The notes beneath the pieces are model-generated. The model searched no databases. It saw only the letters and a list, made by a program, of their open reading frames with translations, and was not told where the DNA came from. A program made the translations under genes and the position numbers. This document shows, one piece after another, positions 17,658-25,204 of a stretch of DNA of 32,000 nucleotides (its first letter is position 1; each line of letters opens with the position of its first letter). The stretch covers positions 3,451 through 35,450 of the forward strand of contig CAWAKW010000015.1 of the NCBI GenBank assembly GCA_963782735.1, in the 5' to 3' direction. Source of the DNA: Nitrospirota bacterium (GTDB lineage: Bacteria; Nitrospirota; Nitrospiria; Nitrospirales; Nitrospiraceae).

Positions 17658-17692
17658 CTGTCCCCTCCCTAAATATCCAACTGGCTGGGCGG

Positions 17693-17723
17693 CCCCGTTC
17701 TCTCCGGCATCCGGAGTACGGGG
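17693..17723 (-). other. Nested stem-loop in the amoC-amoA intergenic region
   Basis: Minus strand: CCCCGT-a-CTCCGG-atg-CCGGAG-aga-ACGGGG. There is an outer 6-bp and an inner 6-bp helix, in the 121-bp amoC-amoA spacer. Confidence 0.4.
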
Positions 17724-17750
17724 TCAGCCCGCCAAAGTCGACGGCACGTC

Positions 17751-18551
17751 TTAGTACGGGATCACGTGCAAGCAGTCCTTGCTCTCGTTGTTCCAGACCA
17801 CATCGCACAGGTTGGACATGCGCGCTACGATCTGCGCCGCCACGCCGCCCGTGCCCCCGAACAATCCGCACCAGCCCAGGGTCACAAAGCCCCAGTGCAA
17901 CGGCGCCGCAAAGAGTTCATCGACGAACCAGAACGCATGCCCCCACTCATTGAGGCCCACGTTCGGGAGAATCATCATCGGCCCCACGATCGCCCCCACC
18001 AACGGGAACGACACCGCCTTGCTGAACTGCGGCAGCCGGGTCATGGCATACAGATAGCTCGCCACGCCACAGGTGATGTACAACGGGAAGGTGAAGTAGA
18101 AGGCAATGATATGGCTGGCCGTAAAGCTCGTATCGCGGATGATCACTTGATGCCACGAGGCATCCTGCTCGAGCGTATAACTGCCCGCCCAATAGACCCC
18201 GAACACGTACACCGCGAGCCACATCATCCAATAGAAGTACCGCTTGAGCTCGGTCTTGGGATCGACGTTGGCGATGTTGCGATCCCGGGTACTCCAAATC
18301 CACCCGAGGGTGGAGGCCGAGAAGATGATGTTGGAAATCACGTTAAAGCGCCACAGCCCCATCCAGACATTTTCGAACTCCGGCGTCATGGAATCCAGGC
18401 CGTGGGAATACCCGAAGACACGCTGAAAGACGACCTCGGCCCCTACCGCCGCCAACATCGTAAACCAGCCGATCTTGAGGGGCCGGGAATCGTACCAGAG
18501 CGACATGTCGTAGCCCCGATCCGCCCCCCCTCCCCATGTTGTACTAGCCAT
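17751..18551 (-). CDS. amoC: Ammonia monooxygenase subunit C (AmoC)
   Basis: 266 aa. AmoC/PmoC blocks: [76 protein letters not shown] aaggagg 7 nt upstream. Confidence 0.93.
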   Translation of the reverse strand: MASTTWGGGADRGYDMSLWYDSRPLKIGWFTMLAAVGAEVVFQRVFGYSHGLDSMTPEFENVWMGLWRFNVISNIIFSASTLGWIWSTRDRNIANVDPKTELKRYFYWMMWLAVYVFGVYWAGSYTLEQDASWHQVIIRDTSFTASHIIAFYFTFPLYITCGVASYLYAMTRLPQFSKAVSFPLVGAIVGPMMILPNVGLNEWGHAFWFVDELFAAPLHWGFVTLGWCGLFGGTGGVAAQIVARMSNLCDVVWNNESKDCLHVIPY

Positions 18552-18656
18552 ACACTGACCTCCTTGTTAAGTGATTGAGACCCACCGCTTATTCCAGAGA
18601 AAAATTCTCCGGCGAAACATTGATACTGGTTGCTGCCGTTAGATCTGCGTGGCGGG

Positions 18657-18686
18657 AGATTAGCGGATACAGTTTCTTGATGTCAA
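18657..18686 (-). promoter_or_regulatory. Candidate sigma70 promoter for amoC
   Basis: Minus strand TTGACA (18686-18681), 18-nt spacer, TAATCT (18662-18657). This predicts a ~100-nt 5' leader before ATG 18551. It lies between the IS left end (18739) and amoC. Confidence 0.4.
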
Positions 18687-18738
18687 GTAGAATATCCAAG
18701 GTTGAAGCCTTGTCTCGCTTGCAAAATGCGTGCAACGA

Positions 18739-18757
18739 TCTATGCACTTAACTCCAG
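18739..18757. repeat. IS left terminal inverted repeat
   Basis: ctatgcacttaactccagt, the exact reverse complement of 19721-19739. Confidence 0.85.
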
Positions 18758-18772
18758 TTTATCGCCTACTAT

Positions 18773-19681
18773 TTAGGAGGTGGCTGCGGTCAGCCTCGAG
18801 TAGGGGATAGGCTCAATCGCGACGGTTTGTGCGACAAGTTTGTAGAACAGTTTCCAGCGGTATCTCGACGTTCGACGGTTGAACCGAAATGTGAATTCGT
18901 CGAGATAGGAGTCCAGTTGCTCACGGGACAATGCACCTTTATGGGTACCCAACAACCAGCGTTTCAATAAGGAAGACACCTTGTGCACGCGGGGTAGCAA
19001 AGCCGACGTTATTTTGCCGCTGGCGTTGATCAGGCGCGGTTGGTGCTTGAAGCCTTCCTGCTTCAAGCCCACGTAGGCCTTCCATCCATCTGTGATGACC
19101 ACGGAACCAGGTTCAACCGCGTATTTCACGAAGGCGACGAGCGAGCTCGGAGAGGCAGAGGGAATCCGACGCAGGCAGATGCGCCCAATCCCCTTCCCGT
19201 CGACCTGCGCCGCGATCGCCACCAGGGCCTTGCTTCCCATGTGCCGACGGCTTCGTCCAGCCTCGACGCCCACCACATATGTTTCGTCCACTTCAATCTG
19301 GCCTCCCAGGCTGTCCCAGCCAGGCCGTACCACTGCGCGTCGCAGTTTCTGCAGCCACAACCACGCCGTCCTGTAACTGCCAAAGCCCAGTAGGCGCTGT
19401 AGCCCCAAGGCACTGAGCCTATGTTTCTGATCGGTCATCCACCACATGGCTCGGAACCAGTCCTGCAGAGGAAGGCGGGTTCGATGAAAGATCGTTCCAG
19501 CCGTTACTGAGGCTTGGTATCCACACCGGCGGCACATCAAAAGGCATCGTGTGGTTGTCCAACTGCCGCTGGTCATGCATTGGGGGCAACAGAACCCGGT
19601 CGGCCACCGCAGCCTGGCCAGATAGGCACGGCAGGCACCTTCTGTAGCGAAGCGCTGTTCGAACTCGGAGAGGGTTCGCAT
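18773..19681 (-). CDS. IS1595-family DDE transposase with N-terminal zinc ribbon
   Basis: The track ORF starts at GTG 19693, but ATG at 19681 has SD ggagga 5 nt upstream. Zn-ribbon: CRAYLARLRWPTGFCCPQC...CRRCGYQASVTAGTIFHRTRLPLQDWF. DDE_Tnp_IS1595 blocks: IEVDETYV, VITDGWKAY, YLDEFTFRFNRR. Confidence 0.85.
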   Translation of the reverse strand: MRTLSEFEQRFATEGACRAYLARLRWPTGFCCPQCMTSGSWTTTRCLLMCRRCGYQASVTAGTIFHRTRLPLQDWFRAMWWMTDQKHRLSALGLQRLLGFGSYRTAWLWLQKLRRAVVRPGWDSLGGQIEVDETYVVGVEAGRSRRHMGSKALVAIAAQVDGKGIGRICLRRIPSASPSSLVAFVKYAVEPGSVVITDGWKAYVGLKQEGFKHQPRLINASGKITSALLPRVHKVSSLLKRWLLGTHKGALSREQLDSYLDEFTFRFNRRTSRYRWKLFYKLVAQTVAIEPIPYSRLTAATS

Positions 19682-19720
19682 ATAGTCCTCCACGGTATAA
19701 CTCCAGCACGCCTGGCGCGT

Positions 19721-19739
19721 ACTGGAGTTAAGTGCATAG
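19721..19739. repeat. IS right terminal inverted repeat
   Basis: actggagttaagtgcatag. An internal 9-nt copy taactccag (19698-19706) can pair with 19722-19730. Confidence 0.85.
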
Positions 19740-20077
19740 CCTAATTCGCATGCAAAAAAATATACAATGTTGTATTAAAAATCAAGCTTACGGGGAGATC
19801 TGCACGTTAAGCAATATCCGTGCCGGTTTAGTTATAACGATCAGCTACGTTTTCTCGATCCTGTGCCCACCCTTAACATACGGACGTAACTGACTCATCC
19901 GATTGTTCGTGTGTATTCAAGAGTGGCGCTGCCAGCCAGGACTTCAAGGACCACGGTCACATGGGTCTGACACGCTCGGGTTGCCGGGAGCACAGCCTCC
20001 ATTCCGCTTTCCTGATAATGACTGTTGAAAATGTAGCTGCGCAATCCACGCCACACCCCGTTACTTCGACACGAAGC

Positions 20078-22099
20078 TCAGTGCACATGGTCGTCTGGTG
20101 GCGGACGGAGTTCCTTTTCCCGATTGAGTTGTTCGATCTGCCGCGTCAGTTCGCCGATGTCTGTCCACCCCGCTCCGTCCACGTTAGGAATCCAGCGCGC
20201 CCGCAAATAACCGTAACGATCTATGAGGAACTCCATGTGCTTGGGTGATGTTCCCTCACCAGCCAGATCAGGATTGCTGAGAGTCCTACGGAATAGAGCA
20301 TAGCTGCGTGCGATCTCCGGCGCTCCTTGTGTCGCCACTGGAAAAGGCATGTCTGCTGTGATCGCTGCCAGGTCTTCCGGGTTGAGATCATTCACTGGTG
20401 CCGCCAATATCACCGTATTGGCGCCGCTTAGTGTGGCATAAGCCAGCCGCAGCTGATCGAGCCTCGCGCGCGACTCCGGCCACGAAAACAGGACCAGCAG
20501 TACCGCTTTCTGCCGACGGAAGTCCTTCAAGGTACCGCTCGTACCGTCATGCGCGGAATAGGAGAAATTCTGCGGGGCCATGTAGGGCTGATTGGGGGCG
20601 ACGTAGGGATTAATGAGGCGAGCTTGATAGCCGCGGGAGGTGGCATGGAGAAAGTTCACCACATCCCAACGATCCTCTTCCGAGAGTTTGTCCGCAAATG
20701 CCGGCATGCCGGTACCGGGAATACCATGGGTCAGCCAGTGGAAAAAGTCTCCAGCAGTGTGCTTGGCCGTGTGCGGCTCTGTGAGCAGATCCACCGGTGG
20801 TATAGCGAAAGTCTTGGCCAGAACGCCATTGCCCTTGGCTTGAGGTCCGTGGCAGAGCACGCAGTTCGCGGCAAATATGGTCGCACCGTTGGCAACGGAA
20901 ATGGCATCGAACGGGACCGGTGTCTTGCGGTAGGTTTCCGGGAAAGCTTGAGTGGCAAGGGGAGGCAGCGCTGCAACCAGCGCACAGACCGCCAGTACGG
21001 CCGGGATGGCAATGCGCCACTTCGTCTCCCAGAGCTTGGTTCGACCGAGGGCAACTGCCCCACCTGCCAGGGTAAGCAGTGCGACTCCGACCCCCCCCCC
21101 GATCATTACGCCCAACCCGCCCCAGGTGGCGTCGATGGAGAAGCGGAATGGATAGGGCCAGTCCTCAATGACGGCATGTTTCGCCGGCACGGCGTTGGCT
21201 AGCACTGTCGCCACCAATACCAGTACCAACGCGATTACGAATTCGATGGTGACCCACTTTCGAAGTCCCTGTTTGCCGACTGCAGCCACGTCCGTGTTCT
21301 GGTCGAGTGACGGAATCCAGATGCGGCGCGCACACGCGCCGATCACGAGAATCGGCGCGAGCAACGCAAGCTTTGTATTGAGAAACCAGCCCCAGCTCGT
21401 TGCGACCAATGCGGCGTAGCTCGTGTCCACCATGTCATTCGCAACGATGATGCCGGTGGCCACGACAGCGACCATCACAGGAAGCGCTATTGCAGAGAAA
21501 CGCTTCATGGTCTGGATGTCGAACCGATCCACTTCCTCGTGTGATCGTTTCCCGGCGGTGGCGAACATTATTGAGAGAATAGCCGGCAGCCCTCCGAGCC
21601 AGACGCTTGCCAGAACAATATGCAGCGCGTAAGGCAGCACCGATATCACGGATAGTTCTCCGGCTGCGGAATGGCTTGCGAGCGATCCTGCAGCCAGCGT
21701 GAGTGCAGCGACGGTCGCGCACAGCACATACCGCCAGCGTGCCCAAGGTGAGAAGCGAATGTAGAGAGCCATTCCGAGCACGAGCAGCGCAAGGGCCGCG
21801 CGTGCCGTCCAGATGAGTCCTATGCGGGTTTTTTGTAAGAGTTCTAGCCAGGCTCCCGGGTGCCAAGCATTTTCAGCCAAGCCCGTAGCCTGCGCGGTAG
21901 TCGTGGCCAGCAAGCCTAGTAACCCCAGCAGAAGCGTGGCCGAAAGCCACGGTAACGCCCGTTCCAGACGGGCTAGCCATGGGATGTCGAGTGCGGTTTT
22001 CGCATGCACCGCAATTGCAAGAAAAACGCAACTGCCGATCAGGATCATGTTGGACGCAAGCTGCAGCCAGCGGAGCAGCGCGCCGATGACCTCGATCAT
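20078..22099 (-). CDS. copD: CopD-family membrane protein fused to a c-type cytochrome domain and a C-terminal thioredoxin/redoxin-like domain
   Basis: 673 aa. Residues ~1-385 are polytopic membrane (CopD-like; 10 or more hydrophobic segments). The haem motif CVLCH at aa 413-417 (nt 20849-20863) has a distal GIPGTGMPAF. The last ~170 aa (KAVLLVLFSWPES...FLIDRYGYLRARW) resemble an AhpC/TSA or thioredoxin-fold domain without the active-site Cys. The start overlaps the copC stop (ATGA). Confidence 0.8.
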   Translation of the reverse strand: MIEVIGALLRWLQLASNMILIGSCVFLAIAVHAKTALDIPWLARLERALPWLSATLLLGLLGLLATTTAQATGLAENAWHPGAWLELLQKTRIGLIWTARAALALLVLGMALYIRFSPWARWRYVLCATVAALTLAAGSLASHSAAGELSVISVLPYALHIVLASVWLGGLPAILSIMFATAGKRSHEEVDRFDIQTMKRFSAIALPVMVAVVATGIIVANDMVDTSYAALVATSWGWFLNTKLALLAPILVIGACARRIWIPSLDQNTDVAAVGKQGLRKWVTIEFVIALVLVLVATVLANAVPAKHAVIEDWPYPFRFSIDATWGGLGVMIGGGVGVALLTLAGGAVALGRTKLWETKWRIAIPAVLAVCALVAALPPLATQAFPETYRKTPVPFDAISVANGATIFAANCVLCHGPQAKGNGVLAKTFAIPPVDLLTEPHTAKHTAGDFFHWLTHGIPGTGMPAFADKLSEEDRWDVVNFLHATSRGYQARLINPYVAPNQPYMAPQNFSYSAHDGTSGTLKDFRRQKAVLLVLFSWPESRARLDQLRLAYATLSGANTVILAAPVNDLNPEDLAAITADMPFPVATQGAPEIARSYALFRRTLSNPDLAGEGTSPKHMEFLIDRYGYLRARWIPNVDGAGWTDIGELTRQIEQLNREKELRPPPDDHVH

Positions 22100-22500
22100 T
22101 TCTTTTGCACTTTGCCCTTTACCGTGAAGTCGAAGGACGACTCCACCACGTGACCGTCTACCGACAGTACTCGAAACTTTACTGAATACTTTCCGGGCGT
22201 CAACTCCGGCAATGGGAGAACGATGGACTTTGGGTCATCTGGAGTAAGTTGAGGCTTGATCTCGGTAACGGGATGTTTCTCGGCGTCGAGTACAACAAGC
22301 GACGCGTACTCGCCTTCGAGTTCCTCGTTGAACCAGAGTCGCACCTGCGCCGGCGCCTTGGCGAGGACAGCCCGGCGTGGCGGCTCTGCCTTGACCAGCA
22401 TTGAATGCGCCAGCGCTGGGGCGGCATGCGCGCCCATCGCCATCAGCATCGCTACTCCTATCATGACGCGCTTGAGTGCATGAACCGCCCATGATTCCAT
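22096..22500 (-). CDS. copC: Periplasmic copper-binding protein CopC
   Basis: The track ORF runs to 22674. ATG at 22500 is preceded by aaggagaggggga. Signal peptide ...AAPALA, then mature N-terminus HSMLVKAEP (the His1 Cu(II) ligand position), and SVDGHVV near the C-terminus. Confidence 0.85.
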   Translation of the reverse strand: MESWAVHALKRVMIGVAMLMAMGAHAAPALAHSMLVKAEPPRRAVLAKAPAQVRLWFNEELEGEYASLVVLDAEKHPVTEIKPQLTPDDPKSIVLPLPELTPGKYSVKFRVLSVDGHVVESSFDFTVKGKVQKK

Positions 22501-22594
22501 TGGATCTCCCCCTCTCCTTGACTGCTGCGTTCGAGTAAAGCAGCCGGTCTTTTGCACGCCTCGGTTCGGCGTACTGCTCTCAGTGACCGGCTGC

Positions 22595-23206
22595 CTACGA
22601 AGCGGTGCGAACCGACGGCTTGCGACGACTGCGCAGGAAAAAGAATATCGCCGCTCCACCGGCAATCGCTGCAAGCGGGACTATGACCATGATGTAGTGC
22701 ATGAAGTGCGAAACCACTCCCGATTCTCCTACCGAGATCGGGAATCGCGCGATATGTTCCTCCTTGCCGCCAACGGTGACTACACCGATGAAATTGCCTG
22801 GCTGGGTGAAGTTATATTCGAAATTAATGAACCCCCCAGGGTAGACCTTGGCCGGCAGGTGAAGGACCGTGTTGGCCTGAAGATCCTGTTCCGAACCCGT
22901 ATCCTTGATGACCCGGACCTCGACGGGCAACGAGCGGAGTTCCCCTTCGATATAATCGAGCACCAACACCGTGCGTCCGATCGACGGAACATCCCCGCAG
23001 AGTTCCCTCGAGGCTGAGGTATCAGGTTGATATTCTGTAAGATGCATGCCGTAGGGTCCGAGCTTGAGTATGCAGAAGTTTTTGTCCAATTCGTGAAAGT
23101 GCTGGGCCTGTGCGGAGAGCGGAGCTCCGATCGCCAATATCAAGAAGCACACGCAAGCAGGTTTGAGAAATTGCAAAGACATCGTCAGTATCCTCATCAT
23201 TATCAT
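22595..23206 (-). CDS. amoD: AmoD/PmoD-family periplasmic, C-terminally membrane-anchored putative copper protein (paralog 1)
   Basis: The probable start is MSLQFLK at 23182 (SD gagga). It has a signal peptide, His-rich mature N-terminus QHFHELD, motif FCILKLGPYGMHLTEYQPD, a second Cys (ELCGDVP), LPVEVRVIKDTGSEQDLQ, and a C-terminal TM helix IMVIVPLAAIAGGAAIFFFL. Position before copCD matches amoD in known AMO clusters. Confidence 0.7.
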   Translation of the reverse strand: MIMMRILTMSLQFLKPACVCFLILAIGAPLSAQAQHFHELDKNFCILKLGPYGMHLTEYQPDTSASRELCGDVPSIGRTVLVLDYIEGELRSLPVEVRVIKDTGSEQDLQANTVLHLPAKVYPGGFINFEYNFTQPGNFIGVVTVGGKEEHIARFPISVGESGVVSHFMHYIMVIVPLAAIAGGAAIFFFLRSRRKPSVRTAS

Positions 23207-23275
23207 CTTTTAGACAGCTCAATTTTCTCGTTGAACCAGAGTTGCAACTGCTCATTGGACCGGATGGCCGGTCGC

Positions 23276-23854
23276 TTACGAAACGGTATTGCTTGACGTT
23301 GTGCCACGCCCGCGCAGGGCAAAGAAGATCACTCCGATAACGGCAACCCCTGCGAGCGCAATCAAGAAGTAGGTGGGGGGTAACCATATTTTTGTTTCCC
23401 CTACCGAGAACGGAAATCGCGATACATGTTTATCACCTACGGTGACCAGACCAACGAATTTGCCAGGCTGGTCAAAGTTATATTCGAAATTAACCGAGCC
23501 GGCAGGGTAGACCTTGGGCGGTAGGTGAAGAATCGTGATGGCCTGAAGGTCTTGCTCCGACCCCGTATCCTTGATGATCCGAACCTCGGTGGGCAACGGG
23601 CGCAGTGCATCTTCCATATAATCGAGCACCACGACTGTACGGCCCGTCGCGGGAATGTCCTCACAGAATTCCTTATTGCGGGTGTTGTCCGGCTGATAGC
23701 CGGTAAAGTGCATGTTGTACGGGCCGATCGTGAGTCTGCACATGTCCTCGGCCAGTGCCAATCCTCCGTGAGCCTGGGCCTGTGTGGAGAATATAACCCC
23801 CATCGCCAGCATCAAGAAGCACAAGCCAGCAGATTTCACCAATTGCACAGCCAT
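23276..23854 (-). CDS. amoD: AmoD/PmoD-family protein (paralog 2, tandem duplicate of paralog 1)
   Basis: ATG at 23854 is preceded by gggaggatcc. MCRLTIGPYNMHFTGYQPD, EFCEDIP, LPTEVRIIKDTGSEQDLQ, C-terminal TM. It shares long identical nucleotide runs with paralog 1, e.g. the 17-mer gttatattcgaaattaa at 22811-22827 and 23477-23493. Confidence 0.7.
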   Translation of the reverse strand: MAVQLVKSAGLCFLMLAMGVIFSTQAQAHGGLALAEDMCRLTIGPYNMHFTGYQPDNTRNKEFCEDIPATGRTVVVLDYMEDALRPLPTEVRIIKDTGSEQDLQAITILHLPPKVYPAGSVNFEYNFDQPGKFVGLVTVGDKHVSRFPFSVGETKIWLPPTYFLIALAGVAVIGVIFFALRGRGTTSSNTVS

Positions 23855-23907
23855 TGTCAGGATCCTCCCTCTCGAATGTTGAACCATGTGCTCGCGGGCC
23901 GGAGCGC

Positions 23908-24501
23908 CTAGTTTCCCGTACGGCGGACTGCCCACCAATTCCGCAGCCATTTCGATCGTATGAGTATGTATCCAATGAATGCAACTACCAGCACTCCTAT
24001 CGCCGGTCCTGTCATGGTACGTATAAGCTTCTGGTAATCGATCATGTTTACCCGCAAGAGATACTGCGGGTGCTTCATAAGATTCTGCTTCTCCGCCGAA
24101 ATAGTTACCGTATACAGGCCCTCCTCCAGTCTGACTTCGCCCCTGAGCACTCCGTCCGGGTGAGTGCTTGGACGAAAATCTGCCACAATCTGATCTTCTG
24201 TCGCATTGCTCCCACTACCCTTCATGATACGCATACCGATAGGCTCGCTGCGTAACGCCGGGTCCACGAGGTCTACGACTAGGAAGGTGTCGCCTTCCTT
24301 GGGAATGTCTGTGCAGTATTGACCCCTCAGCTCGTATTGCGGCTGGTAGGCGCTGAAATGCACCACGCGCTCACCTACTCGGCGCAAGCATGGGTCGTCT
24401 TCTCCGCTCGTTGTTCCATGTGCAGAAGCGACTCCAGGTTGGTCCAGTGCGGCAAGAAGAATCAGCACCATGAGGCCTGCTCTTGTCACTTGCCTAATCA
24501 T
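23908..24501 (-). CDS. amoE: AmoE-like divergent member of the AmoD/E family
   Basis: 197 aa. SD caggagg. The architecture matches the paralogs (signal peptide, SAHGTTSGEDDPCLRRVGERVVHFSAYQPQ, QYCTDIP, C-terminal TM VLVVAFIGYILI). Met is replaced by Val before the conserved His, and identity is much lower. It is first in the amoE-amoD-amoD-copC-copD series. Confidence 0.6.
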   Translation of the reverse strand: MIRQVTRAGLMVLILLAALDQPGVASAHGTTSGEDDPCLRRVGERVVHFSAYQPQYELRGQYCTDIPKEGDTFLVVDLVDPALRSEPIGMRIMKGSGSNATEDQIVADFRPSTHPDGVLRGEVRLEEGLYTVTISAEKQNLMKHPQYLLRVNMIDYQKLIRTMTGPAIGVLVVAFIGYILIRSKWLRNWWAVRRTGN

Positions 24502-25204
24502 ATATGCGTGATCCTCCTGTTTGGAACCTCACGGTGATCCGTTGCTTCGTATGACGAAGCGGCCTCACCGCATAGTTGCGTATCTAGCCACATGTCCTAT
24601 CAAGGACAATCACTATGATGCCACTAACGCAGGGCAAGATTCTAGCCCCCCTCGCAAGGGAAGAGAAAATCTAACATGTGTTTTTCTGCTGGGCTGGGCC
24701 GAGCTCCAGCGATCCGATATGGAGCAGGCCTGATTGAGAGGATGTCTCGCATGGCGACAGCTTTCCCCCGGGTGTTCGTGAGCAACGGTTTCTTCTGCTG
24801 CAGACGCGGCTGAACTGGTTGCTTGGGGGATCTGCCCTGGTTCATTCTCGGTGTGGTGTGCTAGAAGAGGTACACCGAATTTTGTTCTGGTGCCCATAGG
24901 TTCGAGCAGCGGGCATCGGAGATGCGTTCATGCCATATCGACTCCAAACCATCTTTGACTTGCCAGTGTCAGATGGGCGACAATTATTATTGATGTGAGT
25001 GCGTTCTCTTTCATGAGGCCTCCAATTGCCATATCCATATAATAGCGACATCAATCTTGCGGATGGGTTAGCGTTTCAGCGACAGCTGGGTCTCTGTATG
25101 AGACGTCAGGCAGGGTCGAAAAAGTACTCACGAGCAGCACGACCCATGAAGATCCGACGCTATGGCAATTTTGTTTCTCCGGTCCCAGTAGGATTTCCCC
25201 GAAT

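Larger units (their letters stand above)
18739..19739 (-). mobile_element. IS1595-family insertion sequence, apparently intact (1001 bp)
   Basis: Bounded by perfect 19-bp inverted repeats and contains a single uninterrupted transposase ORF. It is located between copD and amoC. Confidence 0.85.

Noticed and set aside
18731-19747. Target-site duplication flanking the IS1595 element.
   Set aside because: The 8 nt flanking each IR (gcaacgat / cctaattc) do not match. The nearby shared tgcaaaa strings are not adjacent to the IRs.
22501-22674. N-terminally extended ORF versions from the track: copC to 22674, amoD paralog 2 to 23950, nirK to 8999, tkt from 4572, ccmG from 29853, malQ to 3873.
   Set aside because: The extensions lack signal-peptide or domain logic, overlap upstream genes, and lack an SD. 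Internal ATGs with good SDs give proteins that start where the families normally start.
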